In this document: positions 19,635-27,629 of the stretch, piece after piece
Layout: each line of letters begins with the position of its first letter
How positions within the stretch are numbered: position 1 is the stretch's first letter
Assembly (NCBI GenBank): GCA_964346815.1
Contig: CAYFWF010000003.1
Location: 181,559-245,558 of the forward strand
Direction: 5' to 3'
Length of the DNA stretch: 64,000 nucleotides
Source: an uncultured Eubacteriales bacterium
Lineage (GTDB): Bacteria > Acidobacteriota > Aminicenantia > Aminicenantales > Aminicenantaceae
The notes under the pieces: model-generated
The model's database searches: none
What the model saw: the letters and a program-made list of their open reading frames with translations, nothing else
What the model was told of the DNA's origin: nothing
Made by a program: the position numbers and the translations under genes

Positions 19635-20188
19635 TCGAGTTCAAACTCCGAAAGCTTGGTGTATTCAGCCCCGGTTGGCTTTAGAGTGCTTAGAAAGAGA
19701 GTGATTCGATTCACTGTCATGTCACCGAAATCTCTCTCTTTGTTCTTCTCTAACAGAGAGAGGACGGATTCAATATGATAAGGGATCTTGACCCTTCCCA
19801 GGGTCAAATGGGGATGGTACTTCCTCTGCTCTCTGGAATATTGAAGTCTTTCTAATTCATTTTCGAGCCTGGACTGAATCTCCAGCAGCGGTTTGTTTTC
19901 CTTGATGCCTATCCACAGGACCCGCGGATATTTTTTTCCTGGAGGGAAAGTCCCTGTTCCCTTAAAACCGAGCGGAAAAGGACGATGTCGGTCGGCAATT
20001 TTCTTCAAGACAGACTCCACTTCTGCCTTCTTTTCTTCATTGATATCACCCATAAATTTTAATGTGAGGTGCATACCCGGCGGCTTGATCCATTTTATGT
20101 GTCTATCACTTCTGTCCAATTCTCGGATGAATTCGGAGATAGTTTTTTTGATCCCTTCATCAAGGTCTATGGCGATAAATGTTCTCAT
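19631..20188 (-). CDS. thpR: RNA 2',3'-cyclic phosphodiesterase (2H phosphoesterase, ThpR/LigT family)
   Basis: Two H-x-T-x motifs (HLTLKF and HLTLGR) spaced as in LigT. 185 aa. Confidence 0.8.
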   Translation of the reverse strand: MRTFIAIDLDEGIKKTISEFIRELDRSDRHIKWIKPPGMHLTLKFMGDINEEKKAEVESVLKKIADRHRPFPLGFKGTGTFPPGKKYPRVLWIGIKENKPLLEIQSRLENELERLQYSREQRKYHPHLTLGRVKIPYHIESVLSLLEKNKERDFGDMTVNRITLFLSTLKPTGAEYTKLSEFELE

Positions 20189-21444
20189 ATCCTCCCCAAG
20201 AGATGGCGGCGAAGCATATCCAAAGCTTTTTGGCTAGATTGAAATTTTACCGCATTTCTGTCCCCTATAAAAAGATTTTTTTTGACTTTTATCCCTCCAT
20301 CCCATGAAAGTGCGACGTACACAAGGCCCACTGGCTTTTCGATCGTGCCGCCAGACGGTCCGGCGATACCGGTGATGGAAAGACCATAGGTAGCCTGAGA
20401 TATCTCCCTCACATTCTCGGCCATGGTGTGCGCTGTCTGAGAACTGACAGCGCCGAATCTATGGAGCTGTTTTCGCGAAACTTCGAGCATACGGGTTTTT
20501 GCTTCATTGCTGTAAGCCACCAAACCAAGGAGGAAATAGCTCGAGCTCCCTGGAACATCGGTGATGCGGTTCCCCAATAAACCCCCCGTACATGATTCTG
20601 CAACCGCGAGGGTTTCATGTCTTTCTCTCAACATCTCGCCAATCACTTCCTCGAGTTCCTCTCCATCTGTGGTAAAAATATTCTCTTTCAAAACGTTGGA
20701 TATCATTTCCTGCGCCCGGGCAATCATTTCTTGGGCTTGAGAGAGTGTTCTTTGAGGATCAGTGGTGAGATGGATTTCGATCTGCCCGGGATGAGCGAGC
20801 GTTGTGAGGTGAACGCCGGAAATTTTCGGATAGATTCGCTTGAGCTTGCTCTCGATTGCAGATTCGGTGAGTCCTGCAGTTTTCATCACCTTTCTGACCA
20901 TGAATCTCTCTTGGAATTTTTTTAGCCGGGGCCATACAAAATCTTCGAACATGGGTTCGATTTCTGCAGGAGGTCCAGGTAACAGGATGATGATTTTTGA
21001 GTCGATCTCGACCCAAAGCCCAGGAGCTGTTCCTCTTTTGTTAGCTAAAACTCTAGCTCCTTCTATGATGTATGCCTGCTTTTTATTGACGGCCGGCATT
21101 TTCATCTTCCTCCGGGTAAATCTCTTTCGTATGGTCTGGAGCAGTTCGTCTTTAAAGACAAGCTTTCTTTCCATAACCGATGCCCATGCTTCACGCGTTC
21201 TGTCATCTTTAGTCGGGCCGAGACCCCCGATGGCAAAGATGAGATCGGCCCTGGTAAAGGCCTGTCTGAAGGCAGTCAGAAGATTTTCCCATTGATCTCC
21301 CACATTGGTTTTGAAGTCCACTTTCAGGCCTAGATCATTCAGACGTCGAGTCAAGTAGAGAGAGTTGGTGTCCTGGAAATAAGGTGTGAGAAATTCAGAT
21401 CCCACTGCCAGAATTTCGATTGCAAAGTCTTTTTTCGCACTCAT
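20185..21444 (-). CDS. cinA: CinA-family competence/damage-inducible protein (MoCF-binding domain + NMN deamidase domain)
   Basis: N-terminal IEILAVGSEFLTPYFQDTNSLYLTRRLNDLG (MoCF-biosynthesis-like) and C-terminal CinA domain (TLAVAESCTGGLLG). 419 aa. Confidence 0.85.
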   Translation of the reverse strand: MSAKKDFAIEILAVGSEFLTPYFQDTNSLYLTRRLNDLGLKVDFKTNVGDQWENLLTAFRQAFTRADLIFAIGGLGPTKDDRTREAWASVMERKLVFKDELLQTIRKRFTRRKMKMPAVNKKQAYIIEGARVLANKRGTAPGLWVEIDSKIIILLPGPPAEIEPMFEDFVWPRLKKFQERFMVRKVMKTAGLTESAIESKLKRIYPKISGVHLTTLAHPGQIEIHLTTDPQRTLSQAQEMIARAQEMISNVLKENIFTTDGEELEEVIGEMLRERHETLAVAESCTGGLLGNRITDVPGSSSYFLLGLVAYSNEAKTRMLEVSRKQLHRFGAVSSQTAHTMAENVREISQATYGLSITGIAGPSGGTIEKPVGLVYVALSWDGGIKVKKNLFIGDRNAVKFQSSQKALDMLRRHLLGRI

Positions 21445-21890
21445 TTAATAAGCAGATAGAGATTGAGCAGAATTCCTGCATACAAGGCTGCCACTACGTC
21501 ATCCAACATGATACCGAATCCCTTAGGAAAATCTTCGACTTGTTTGATGGGGAAAGGCTTAGCGATATCAAAAAACCGGAACAGCACGAAACTTGCAGCG
21601 CAGAGAATCCAGCTCGGGTCGATCAGAAATAGCGCCAGGAACTGGCCTCCAGCCTCGTCAATGACGACAGAACGCGGATCTTCTTTTCTGAGAGACTGCG
21701 CGTAAACATGAGAGGCATAGGTCCCTGATAGGAAAATGATGACAAAAACGAGGAGATAGAAGGGCCAGCTCAGTCTGTAAAGGAGAAATTTGTACAAAAG
21801 AACAACCACCGCACTGGTTAATGTCCCAGGAGCAACCGGAAAATAACCGATTCCAAAACATGTGGCTGCCATTTTTACAGGACGGTTCAT
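21441..21890 (-). CDS. pgpA: phosphatidylglycerophosphatase A
   Basis: FGIGYFPVAPGTLTS…DIAKPFPIKQVE motifs of PgpA. 149 aa, membrane. Confidence 0.8.
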   Translation of the reverse strand: MNRPVKMAATCFGIGYFPVAPGTLTSAVVVLLYKFLLYRLSWPFYLLVFVIIFLSGTYASHVYAQSLRKEDPRSVVIDEAGGQFLALFLIDPSWILCAASFVLFRFFDIAKPFPIKQVEDFPKGFGIMLDDVVAALYAGILLNLYLLIK

Positions 21891-23212
21891 GGGATAAGAT
21901 CTCCGTGTAAATCATATACATCCGTGTCTGTGATTTCAACTTTTTGAATGGAGTTGAAGACTTCTGGTTTTTTCTTGCTTGGGGCTATCAAAACGACGCC
22001 GTCCACCTCAGGTGCCTGGAATTTTCCCCGGCCCACCATCACATGAGGGTCTTGCGTGAGCGTGCCTTCGACCAAAGCATCTATTACTTGACTTTTGTAT
22101 TTCTTATTGTTTTGGAAAGAGATTTCGGCCTGGAGTTCCATGATTTTTTCCTTTCTCCTTTTCTTCGCCCGGTCTTTCACTGGATCTCCGAGTTTGCGGC
22201 AGTCTGTTCCCTCTTCCAATGAATAAGTGAACACACCGAGATGGTCGAAACATGCAGTCGAGACAAACGCTTTTAAATCGTCAAACTCTCTCTTTCCCTC
22301 TCCCGGAAAACCCACCACAAGAGAGGTCCGGACCGCTACATCTGGAATTTTTTTTCGAATCTTCTCCAACAATTGCAGTGATTTTTTTCCATCCAATCCT
22401 CTTTTCATCCTCTTTATGATAGAAGGATGAGAGTGTTGGAAGGGAATGTCCAGGTAGGGACAGATTTTCTCTTCTTTGATGATCTCTAGAAGAGCATCCG
22501 ATACTTCCTCTGGATAACTGTAGAGGATGCGGATCCATTCCAAATTCTCGATAAGAAGAAGTCTTTCCAGCAGACGAACCAGCCCTTCTTTCATTTTCAG
22601 GTCGGTCCCGAAAGCAGTAGAATCCTGAGAGACAAGATTGATTTCTTTGACGCCTGAGGAAGCCACCAGCTCCTCGACTTCCTGAACGATAGAGGAGATG
22701 CTCCGCGATCTGTAGGGTCCTTTGATCAACGGGATAGAACAGAAGGAACATTTGTGGGAACATCCTTCTGATATTTTGACGTAGGTCCATGCAGGCGGAG
22801 TGGAAATTTTTCGAGGGAAGGAGTGATCATACAGAAAACAGCTGGATGAATGCTCGAAGGGAAACCCCTCTGCTGCAGAAGCGATTTTGTCGAGATCGTT
22901 CACTCCCATCCAGACATCGACATCGGGAAAGGATTCCTGAAGCGCTGTTCTGTTTCTCTGGACATAACAGCCTGTTACGATAACTTTTTTCCCCTCCGAT
23001 CTTTTCTTTACTTGGAGAGCCCGCTCGATAATGTCACAGGATTCCCGGCGTGCTGGATCGATGAATCCACAGGTGTTGATGACGATGAGATCCGCATCTA
23101 TGAGATCTGCCACGGGTTCATAGTTCTTCTCCTCTAAAAGTCCGAGCATGACTTCGCTGTCAACGAGATTTTTTGCACAGCCTAGACTGACCAACGCAAC
23201 CTTTTTCATCAT
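21887..23212 (-). CDS. rimO: ribosomal protein S12 methylthiotransferase RimO (radical SAM MTTase)
   Basis: N-terminal MTTase domain VALVSLGCAKNLVDSE (RimO-type rather than MiaB-type). Radical SAM CSHKCSFCSIP. C-terminal TRAM-like region. 441 aa. Confidence 0.85.
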   Translation of the reverse strand: MMKKVALVSLGCAKNLVDSEVMLGLLEEKNYEPVADLIDADLIVINTCGFIDPARRESCDIIERALQVKKRSEGKKVIVTGCYVQRNRTALQESFPDVDVWMGVNDLDKIASAAEGFPFEHSSSCFLYDHSFPRKISTPPAWTYVKISEGCSHKCSFCSIPLIKGPYRSRSISSIVQEVEELVASSGVKEINLVSQDSTAFGTDLKMKEGLVRLLERLLLIENLEWIRILYSYPEEVSDALLEIIKEEKICPYLDIPFQHSHPSIIKRMKRGLDGKKSLQLLEKIRKKIPDVAVRTSLVVGFPGEGKREFDDLKAFVSTACFDHLGVFTYSLEEGTDCRKLGDPVKDRAKKRRKEKIMELQAEISFQNNKKYKSQVIDALVEGTLTQDPHVMVGRGKFQAPEVDGVVLIAPSKKKPEVFNSIQKVEITDTDVYDLHGDLIP

Positions 23213-23362
23213 CTTCCCATTGTAGTAGGGAAGAATCGAAGAGTAAAGAACCCCCTTTTTTGGGTAGAAGCATTTTGAAGACTGTGACCGAAGAAGTTAG
23301 CATTGGAGGATCCTCCCTGTTTATGGGGGCAATCAGCGTATGCCAACAGGGATTTGGAAAAT

Positions 23363-24655
23363 TCAAGGATAGATTTTGTAGAGAAGACGGGGGAAGGGAA
23401 TGGATTCACGGATGTGTTTGATACTGCAGATCCAAGAGAGGGTTCTTTCCAATCCAAGCCCGAACCCGGAATGAGGTACTGATCCATATTTCCGCAAATC
23501 CACATACCATTCATAAGCCTTTCTCGGGAGTTTGTGCTCCTCAATTTTTCTTTCGAGGAGAGTGAGGTCGTGGATACGCTGGCCTCCTCCCACCAGCTCG
23601 CCAAATCCTTCGGATGCAAACACATCCACTCCCAGGACGACATCCGGTCGCGCATCATCAGGCTGCATATAAAAAGCCTTGATCGAGGCTGGGAAGTGTG
23701 AGACACAGACCGGCATATCATAGATCTCAGAAAGGAGAGTTTCCTCGGGAGCCCCGAGATCATCTCCCCACTTGATTTTCGAACCTTTTTCTTGAAGTTG
23801 AGGAAGAATCTCTTCGTACGTTACACGAGGAAAAGGTTTTTTGACTCGTTCAAGAGGACCTGTGTCTCTTTCCAGAATCTCCAGTTCTTTATTTTTTGTC
23901 TCCAGAATACGCTCGACGACAGAGATGATGAGATCTTCAGCCAATTCAGTGATTTCCTCCAGACGGGCAAAGGCCACTTCAGGTTCTACCATCCAAAACT
24001 CTATAAGGTGTTTCCTGGTTTTCGATTTTTCAGCTCTGAAAGTAGGCCCAAAGCAGTAGACTTTACCGAAAGCCATGGCTGTCGCTTCATTATACAGCTG
24101 CCCGCTTTGACTCAAAAAGGCCTTCTGGTCAAAGTATTCCGTTTCGAAGAGAGTGGTGGTTCCTTCGCAGGCGCTGGGTGTCAGGATGGGTGTATCCAAA
24201 TTCATAAATCCACGGCTGTCGAAAAAGTCGCGAATCGCTTTGATGAGTTCGACTCTAATCCGCAGTATAGCATGCTGTCTCCGCGACCGAAGCCAGAGGT
24301 GACGGTGTTCCATCAAGAAGGGAATACCATGTTCTTTTGGAGATATTGGGTATTCGGGTGAGATCTGGACAATTTCCAATCCCGTTATATCGAGCTCGAA
24401 GCCTCCGGGGGCTCTCTTGTCTTCTTTCACAATTCCACGAAGGACGAGGGAAGATTCTTGGGTAAGTTGGTCAAATTTCTGGAAGAGAGGATGATCTTTT
24501 TCGGAACTGTACAGAGTCCCCTGAACGATACCCGTTCCGTCTCTTATAAGGATGAATCGGATTTTTCCACCCGAACGCTTGTTATAAACCCATCCCCTCA
24601 GTTCGACCTCTTTTCCTACGAAGTCAGCGATGTCTTGGATGTAAATCCACTTCAT
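23363..24655 (-). CDS. asnS: asparaginyl-tRNA synthetase (class IIb)
   Basis: Class II motifs with [21 protein letters not shown] (AsnRS-type FRAE…HLxEFWM, not the AspRS FRDED pattern). 430 aa. Confidence 0.8.
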   Translation of the reverse strand: MKWIYIQDIADFVGKEVELRGWVYNKRSGGKIRFILIRDGTGIVQGTLYSSEKDHPLFQKFDQLTQESSLVLRGIVKEDKRAPGGFELDITGLEIVQISPEYPISPKEHGIPFLMEHRHLWLRSRRQHAILRIRVELIKAIRDFFDSRGFMNLDTPILTPSACEGTTTLFETEYFDQKAFLSQSGQLYNEATAMAFGKVYCFGPTFRAEKSKTRKHLIEFWMVEPEVAFARLEEITELAEDLIISVVERILETKNKELEILERDTGPLERVKKPFPRVTYEEILPQLQEKGSKIKWGDDLGAPEETLLSEIYDMPVCVSHFPASIKAFYMQPDDARPDVVLGVDVFASEGFGELVGGGQRIHDLTLLERKIEEHKLPRKAYEWYVDLRKYGSVPHSGFGLGLERTLSWICSIKHIRESIPFPRLLYKIYP

Positions 24656-24723
24656 GACGCCCAGATTATAATGAATTCCCTATTGAGGGTCAATGATTCC
24701 GGTTTCCGGCTCCGGGAGGGAAT

Positions 24724-25782
24724 CTACGTCCAGCCGTACATGTATCCGGTCTCGTACATGGCAAGAATATTTTCCACAGGTGTTATGGACTGAAAATTGT
24801 GACAGGGGGCAAGGATGTACCCTCCGTCCTTACCGAGCACCTCCAAATTCTCTATGACTTCAGACCTGACTTGGGAAACGGATCCAAAAGGCAAAGTACA
24901 TTGATTATCCATCGCCCCATGGAAAATTATTTGGCTTCCGAAGTCTTTCTTCAGCTCTTTACGGTCCATATTATTACACCGCCACTGTATGGGATTCAAG
25001 ATGTCGATCCCGATATCTATCATATCCGGAATAATTCTTCGGATACTCCCATCGTTGTGGTGAAAAGCATAAGCTCCATTCTGATGGACGAGTTCAATGA
25101 CGTGTTTCATGCGGGGCAGTAGAAATTTTCGGACATGGGAGGGGGATATCATAAGGTCTTCTTGAGCTCCCATATCTTCTGCCACATAGGTCAGCATCAC
25201 CTGACCGGGGATTTGTTCGTAGATGCGCTCGATATCCTTGAGGCCGAGGTGCAAGAGTCTGTCCAGGCAGAAATGGACGAGCTCGGGATTCTCGATCAAA
25301 TCCAACAAGGCTCGTTCCTGCCCTCGGAGGTTTTTGTATATCAAGAAGGGCTCGTAATGTCCTCCTAAAATGGGATACATCTCATTACTTCTCATCTGGG
25401 CTTTGATCGTACTGTAATCCCACCAATCAGGATCGGGCCAGCGATAAAACCGCTCCACATCTGAAAGGGAATCATATTCTGCAAGAGGATGAAAGATGCA
25501 TTCTTCGTAAGCCCCAGTCCCATAATCCATCTGTGTATATCGGCAGCCGAAAACGTCCCTTCCGGGTGGAAAAGAAGGGCCTGCATATTTTGGCTTCACT
25601 TTGACAACCCGATCCACATGAAGCTTTTTCATTGTTTCTTCTTCGCTCGAACAACCCAAATGCCTTGTGAGGAGTGAGGTGGTCTCTGGAGTTGCCCAAT
25701 AATCCATCGGCGTTCGATCGGGTTTTTTCCGAGTCAAGACAGCCAACCATCTTTCCTTCGGAGACATTGATTCTCTGGGCAT
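24724..25782 (-). CDS. uroporphyrinogen decarboxylase (URO-D) / MtaA-CmuA family protein
   Basis: 352 aa. URO-D-family architecture (conserved N-terminal RTPMDYWATPE-type region and C-terminal GGYILAPCHN). No adjacent heme genes, so likely a methyltransferase-type URO-D homolog. Confidence 0.65.
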   Translation of the reverse strand: MPRESMSPKERWLAVLTRKKPDRTPMDYWATPETTSLLTRHLGCSSEEETMKKLHVDRVVKVKPKYAGPSFPPGRDVFGCRYTQMDYGTGAYEECIFHPLAEYDSLSDVERFYRWPDPDWWDYSTIKAQMRSNEMYPILGGHYEPFLIYKNLRGQERALLDLIENPELVHFCLDRLLHLGLKDIERIYEQIPGQVMLTYVAEDMGAQEDLMISPSHVRKFLLPRMKHVIELVHQNGAYAFHHNDGSIRRIIPDMIDIGIDILNPIQWRCNNMDRKELKKDFGSQIIFHGAMDNQCTLPFGSVSQVRSEVIENLEVLGKDGGYILAPCHNFQSITPVENILAMYETGYMYGWT

Positions 25783-25977
25783 GCTGAATCTTTTTTAAGC
25801 GCTGTATAGCTTATAGCATATCTTGTTCCTTGCCTCAACTGAATGGAATTCCCAGCAATCAAAGAGCCAAAGTTATTTAACATCCCCAGGAAGTATTTTA
25901 AAATCCGTGCTCTCTTTTTCTTGACCTAATGCTTTTATGCCATCACGGTTTTGAAATGCTTACATCCCCATAAAAGA

Positions 25978-26006
25978 TTGTAGATATCGATATCATGATG
26001 TATAGT
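25978..26006 (+). promoter_or_regulatory. candidate sigma70-type promoter TTGTAG-17-TATAGT (extended TG) for the downstream permease gene
   Basis: Read directly: ttgtag atatcgatatcatgatg tatagt. Spacer contains a perfect 10-bp palindrome ATATCGATAT. About 60 nt upstream of the ATG at 26069. Confidence 0.3.
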
Positions 26007-26068
26007 ACAGCCAAGCTGACAGAGGGCAAGGACAGATTCGCGACAGGCTTCTTAAGAAGAAAAAAATT

Positions 26069-27430
26069 ATGGATGGATTGCTCTCCCGGCTGACAAAGCG
26101 GATGGATCATCTTTATGAATTCGACAGGGAGCCTGTTTCGCTGGAAAAGCTGCAAACCGGGGCCAGATTCGCGGGCCTTTTTGCAGGAGAGCATGTGGCT
26201 GCCACTGAATTTGTCATAGGCGCATTTTTTGTCCTTCATGGCGTCAGCCTGCATGACCTGATCCTCGGGCTTTTTATCGGGAATTTTCTGGCAGTCTTGT
26301 CTTGGACCTTTATATGTGCGCCTATCGCCACTCGGACGCGTTTGACTCTGTACTGGTATCTGAGAAGGATTGCCGGCCCCGGGCTCAACTTTGTCTACAA
26401 TATCGCCAATGCCCTCCTTTACTGCGTTCTGGCAGGGGCTATGATTGCCGTATCAGCCACTGCCCTCGGTTTAGCCTTCGGGATCAGCATTCCTTCCCTG
26501 GATGACGTATATCCCCGCAGCTTCGGCTGGATTGCCTTGACCCTGGCCATCGGTACGGTGTTTACGATCCTGGCAGTTCTGGGATTCGAAAAGCTGAGCC
26601 GTTTTGCCCAGGTTTGTTCTCCCTGGATTTTTATCCTGTTCATAGCCGGGGCTGTCGCGCTTCTTCCGCGCCTGGGTGTTCATCCAAATTTCGATAATCT
26701 CTTGGAGATTGCCGCGACAAAAATATGGAACGGAGTCGCTGCTGAAGGCCAAGAAAAATATCATCTTGGACATATTTTGTTCTTCGCCTGGTTTTGTAAT
26801 CTGGCCATGCACGTTGGACTTTCTGATATGGCTTTGTTCCGGTATGCGAGAAACTGGATCTACGGATTGTATTCCGCCTTTGGCATGTACCTCGGACATT
26901 TCCTTGCCTGGATTTGTTCAGGAATTATGGTGGCAGCCGTGGGAAGGGAGATGCATCCGGGATTGATGGCTTTTGAAGCCGCAGGACTGGCTGGAGCAGC
27001 AGGGGTGTTCATCGCAGGATGGACTACAGCCAATCCCACCCTATACAGGGCTGGGCTTGCCCTGCAGGTGATCACTCCTGGCTGGCCTCGCTGGAAGGTC
27101 ACGCTCTCTGCTGGCATTCTGACAACTCTGCTCTCTTGCTTTCCAGTTTTTTTTATGAAACTTTTGGATTATGTAGCCATTTATGGACTGGTTTTGATGC
27201 CCATCGGTGCCATCGTTTTCGCCGAACACTGGATTTTTCCCCTGCTTAAAATCGACCGATACCAGGCAGAGAAAAAGAGGTGGGTGTTCAACTGGACGGC
27301 TGCTGGAGCTTGGGGGGGAACCCTGGTGCTGTGTTTCTTCATGCCCATCCATCTTTTTTTCCGCTGGCTGCCCGGGTATCTCTTTGCGCTGATACTGTAC
27401 GTCCTGCTCAATTTAGCGAGAAGGAAATGA
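26069..27430 (+). CDS. NCS1 / purine-cytosine permease-like 12-TM transporter
   Basis: 453 aa, about 12 hydrophobic segments. General resemblance to the cytosine/hydroxymethylpyrimidine permease (CodB/CytX) family; substrate not assignable from sequence. Confidence 0.45.
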   Translation: MDGLLSRLTKRMDHLYEFDREPVSLEKLQTGARFAGLFAGEHVAATEFVIGAFFVLHGVSLHDLILGLFIGNFLAVLSWTFICAPIATRTRLTLYWYLRRIAGPGLNFVYNIANALLYCVLAGAMIAVSATALGLAFGISIPSLDDVYPRSFGWIALTLAIGTVFTILAVLGFEKLSRFAQVCSPWIFILFIAGAVALLPRLGVHPNFDNLLEIAATKIWNGVAAEGQEKYHLGHILFFAWFCNLAMHVGLSDMALFRYARNWIYGLYSAFGMYLGHFLAWICSGIMVAAVGREMHPGLMAFEAAGLAGAAGVFIAGWTTANPTLYRAGLALQVITPGWPRWKVTLSAGILTTLLSCFPVFFMKLLDYVAIYGLVLMPIGAIVFAEHWIFPLLKIDRYQAEKKRWVFNWTAAGAWGGTLVLCFFMPIHLFFRWLPGYLFALILYVLLNLARRK

Positions 27431-27600
27431 AAAAAATCCTCTTTTTATCGCTCTCGCTCCTGAGTCTTCTAGTTTGTTTGATCTCTCCATTTCTCTATTT
27501 TTTTGGAAGAATAGAGGAAAACAGCTACAAAGGGATTTTTCTCTTGGCCTCGGCAGGCTGGTTTGTGTTTGCGACTCTCTGGAGTTTAAAAAAAGAATAA
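27427..27600 (+). CDS. small (57 aa) two-helix membrane protein
   Basis: MKKILFLSLSLLSLLVCLI… internal Met of ORF 27280..27600, preceded by AGAAGGAAATG (SD). ATGA overlap with the permease stop. Confidence 0.35.
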   Translation: MKKILFLSLSLLSLLVCLISPFLYFFGRIEENSYKGIFLLASAGWFVFATLWSLKKE

Positions 27601-27629
27601 AATCTTTCGATTCTGATACAAGCCGGAGG

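Noticed and set aside
25783-26068. TPP or purine riboswitch upstream of the NCS1-type permease
   Set aside because: No CUGAGA/thi-box or purine-riboswitch junction motifs; only a promoter-like element and a short leader.
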